DNA from: Curvularia clavata
Lineage: Eukaryota
NCBI GenBank assembly: GCA_023920165.1
Contig: CP089277.1
Coordinates: 3,844,001-3,908,000 of the forward strand
Length of the DNA: 64,000 nucleotides
Direction of reading: 5' to 3'
The notes beneath the pieces are model-generated. The model made no database searches, was not told the DNA's origin, and saw only the letters and a list, made by a program, of their open reading frames with translations. Of this stretch, positions 60,924-64,000 are shown in pieces (positions within the stretch are counted from its first letter, which is position 1; each line of letters starts with the position of its first letter). Made by a program: the position numbers and the translations under genes.

Positions 60924-62303
60924 TCACTCCTCCAGCACCGTCTGATTGAACGCTGCCTCATTGCGCGGATCAAATCCGTGCTTTGCAATATACGCCTGGG
61001 CCATCTTCTCGTCCGTCATCCAGGTCCTGATGATCCAGTACGTCGGCACACAGTAAAACATCCAAGCAAAGACCCAAAAGTATCCAATCGCGTACTCCAT
61101 CCGATCCACCCACTTGGCTTCTGGGCCGTATCCCAGCGCCTGCCTCACCTTTCTCCAGTAGTTTATCACCACGCTCTCGAGCACAATCGGAATCATCTGT
61201 GCAGTATACAACCAAGTGACGGACCAGAAATCCCCCTCTGGCTCTTCCTGCCACCTGACAATCGAATGCATGAGGCCCGAGAGGAAGAAAACCAGCGTAT
61301 TCTCCACTAGCCTGGTTACCAAGGCCCCACGCTTCATACCGATCCAGCCTCTAGTCACACACTGTACATGCCCGTTGAAGCTATGATAGATGAAATTATG
61401 CCAGTATTTGCCCCAGTACCTGCGCACAGTCCATGCATCGCTCAGGTTGCCAAATAGCTGCAACGACCATTCGTCTGGGCCGTCAATGCCCAGCCCAACG
61501 CAGATAACGGCACAGATGCTGTGGAAGGAATCGTAGAACCACATGCCGACCAGGCTCCAGCTGATGGTTTCCTCGGTGCGCCAATAGAGTTCCAGCCAGT
61601 CTATAGAGGTGGGTAGGCTGTTGAAGAAGGGGATTCGGTCGGTATCCACAAACGTCCAGAAGTGGCTGTTGGCCGGTGAGTAGTGCATTATGTAAGTGTC
61701 CCATGAAGTATAGGTGATGTAGAGGATCATGGCTTTGATGGCGTGGTACCGAACGAGTTGCCAGCGTGTGTAGCCGTGTTGGTAGTGGGCGAGGGCGCTG
61801 TGTTGTCGTTTGTTGTCTGGGGCCTTGATCGGCTCGTCGGTCTTCTTGTCGGTGATGGTGTCGTCGTTCTGCTCTAGCAACGGCTTGCTCTCCTTTGCGG
61901 CGTTCATCTTTTGCTTCCGCTGCTCTTCGAGTACCTGGTTGCGACTGCGGTCATACAGTACCTTGAAGGCTTGCCTGATGCGCTCTTTTGTTTCGCCCGG
62001 TCCCGGCTGCACGTCTGGTGTGAACTCGAGGATGCATACTTCGTAGCTCATATGTGCATACCAGATTAGCGCTGTTCGTGCAAATGAGTCGCACGCATCG
62101 AAGCTGGGTGCGATGTGCTCTGAGTGTCGGAAGGCGAAGAATACTAGGATGCCGAGGAAAAAGGTGGATAGCTTTCGGCCGAGTGGTGTGGAGGGAGGAA
62201 AGGCGAGAGTGTAGATGGCATAAACAAAGGATGCCGTAGCTGGAATAAGTACAGGTATGGTATCGACTGGCTTCCAGTCGGGAATTACGTGGCGGCCAGG
62301 CAT
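60924..62303 (-). CDS. Membrane-bound O-acyltransferase (MBOAT_2 / wax synthase / TRI7-like)
   Basis: Multiple TM segments; LFGNLSDAWTVRRYWGKYWH; VFFLSGLMH (putative catalytic His). Confidence 0.85.
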   Translation of the reverse strand: MPGRHVIPDWKPVDTIPVLIPATASFVYAIYTLAFPPSTPLGRKLSTFFLGILVFFAFRHSEHIAPSFDACDSFARTALIWYAHMSYEVCILEFTPDVQPGPGETKERIRQAFKVLYDRSRNQVLEEQRKQKMNAAKESKPLLEQNDDTITDKKTDEPIKAPDNKRQHSALAHYQHGYTRWQLVRYHAIKAMILYITYTSWDTYIMHYSPANSHFWTFVDTDRIPFFNSLPTSIDWLELYWRTEETISWSLVGMWFYDSFHSICAVICVGLGIDGPDEWSLQLFGNLSDAWTVRRYWGKYWHNFIYHSFNGHVQCVTRGWIGMKRGALVTRLVENTLVFFLSGLMHSIVRWQEEPEGDFWSVTWLYTAQMIPIVLESVVINYWRKVRQALGYGPEAKWVDRMEYAIGYFWVFAWMFYCVPTYWIIRTWMTDEKMAQAYIAKHGFDPRNEAAFNQTVLEE

Positions 62304-64000
62304 TTTGAGGACGTGTACGCGTTATGCGTTGCACTGCTGCGATTTGGTGTGGTGCAGTATGTGTAGAAGGTAGAAGTAGTAGTGAGGGAATTACGGCATT
62401 TTGTGCAGGCTGGCTTTTGCACGAGATGAACCTGGGTCCCTCGTTTCCTTGCCCGTGGTACGCTGTTGTGGGCAAACGCCTGAGGTGGAGTTAGGAAGGC
62501 GGGCTCGTCCAATTCGCTTTCCTGAAAATGAAATCACTTGCACGCGTGGCGCAGATGATTTCACGATACCTCAAAAATAGCCCACCGTGTAGCTACCCGC
62601 ACTCTTTCACTGGGCTGGTAGTGTAAGCACTGCTTCTGAACAGATTCGAAGTCGCATAATAAAGTCATGATAGGCGTTCACTACGTGAGAATAGGGAACT
62701 CTGTATAGATGATAGGCTAGTGGTTTGGATGAATGCATTTCATTCAAACGTAAGCCAGTCTATCCAAATCTCAGTTCTTGCGGATGTTATATGAACTCAT
62801 GAAGGCCATGCGGCTCAAAGCGATGCAAGAGCAAGCTATTTGGGAAGTTTACGCCGGCCAATCTCCATATCATTCTTATCCAGGTGCATTATCATACATG
62901 GACATATTGGGTGCTTGCGCTCAAGCATTTTTGCTCTTCGTTTTGTATTATCAGGAGCGCGAACCACGATAGGTAACTGATTGTTTCATCCGAAAAGAGT
63001 CGCACGTGCTGAATTGTTTCAATGGAAGAGGGAGTCAGGTGATACCATTTCTGACGTTTGCAATGCTATCTGTTGTTAACTAAGCTGTTCAAGTACCCTG
63101 AATTGCTCGTGCTTCTATCACTTCCTTCGTTCCTAGAACATGACTAAGTTCAGAACCGTCCCTCTTACTATGAGTGAAGGTATCATCGTTGGTCGACTGT
63201 GTGCCCTTTAAATTCTATTTTGTAAGAGTATGTTGACTTTCCAAGGTATGTATTATTTTGAGACTATTATTGAAGTGTCTCAACTCTAGTATACTATCAT
63301 CGTACCCACACCATTACGCGAGTGCGACCAGTATCACGCGTACCGCTAAATCGAGAGCCTCCTAGGAGAAGGAGACATTGATCATCCTATAAGGTGTCAA
63401 GGGAAGAAGACCAATCCCAGACTACCAAATACCTAGCAAGTAGAAGCACTGCTCTAGTAGCGGTTACTCGGTTGATCAACTGCCGTTGAGGAAAGAACAA
63501 GTTAACCAGAAAGAGTAATCCAACATAGCGGAAACACGATCATGTCGTTAATACGGATGAACAGGGATGATGATGCTCAGCTTGGGGCATCATTGAGACA
63601 CTATAGGTGTCTTATTTATTCTCTGCACTGACAAATCCCACAGCTAACACTCGCGTTTGTATTTCTGCTTGATGTATGGGCACCTTACAGGAAAAGCTGT
63701 ATATCTATGATCCCCTATTCTGACCGGCGTATTCTTTCCGCCCAGATAAAGGAGAAATAGAGGGAAGAAGCAACCAAGCCTTGGCAAGCCACATTCGCTA
63801 GACGGGTGCAATCACCGCCACAACACGGTCCCGCCTCCCAAGAAATCGCCAAGTGGGGGAACAAATGAGTCGTAGAAGAGCGAGTAAGCACACGAACAAT
63901 AAGAACCAACAAAAAAGGGACTCGCAACGTTCAGGCACCTCTAGTTCCCTTCCGATGCAACAAAGACACGTAGAAAATAGGGGTTCTTGCCTACCGACGG

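Overview
Fungal genomic DNA with short GT-AG introns and CTAAC/CTGAC branch sites; it looks like a filamentous ascomycete, possibly Dothideomycete-like (inference). The window alternates between accessory-looking and core blocks. 1-16 kb: 3' end of a DUF4360-like gene, a complete 1530-bp Tc1-type (DD34E) transposon with 46-bp TIRs, TA duplication and one RIP-type nonsense codon, an aldehyde dehydrogenase, a CBM1-GH10 xylanase, a Cys-capped RNase HI with a GC-AG intron, a divergent Dal5-type MFS / YteT-like oxidoreductase pair, and a decaying PAN/apple secreted protein. 17-36 kb: housekeeping genes (SWR1, NDUFB8, Munc13-like C2 protein, Ino4-like bHLH, HPM1, a TM/coiled-coil protein, MST1). 38-47 kb: membrane-anchored pseudo-pepsin, an AT-hook/SREBP-type bHLH and a divergent HMG-CoA synthase. 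48-58 kb: NPR2, a hypothetical protein, MSK1. 59-62 kb: Zn-dependent dehydrogenase and an MBOAT_2 acyltransferase. I saw no rRNA, tRNA or CRISPR. The best leads are the putative pectin-derived sugar uptake/oxidation module with a CGG-N11-CCG site, the SREBP-like bHLH beside the HMGS paralog, the Cys-capped RNase H and the pseudo-pepsin receptor candidate. All family calls come from motif recognition by eye, not from database searches.
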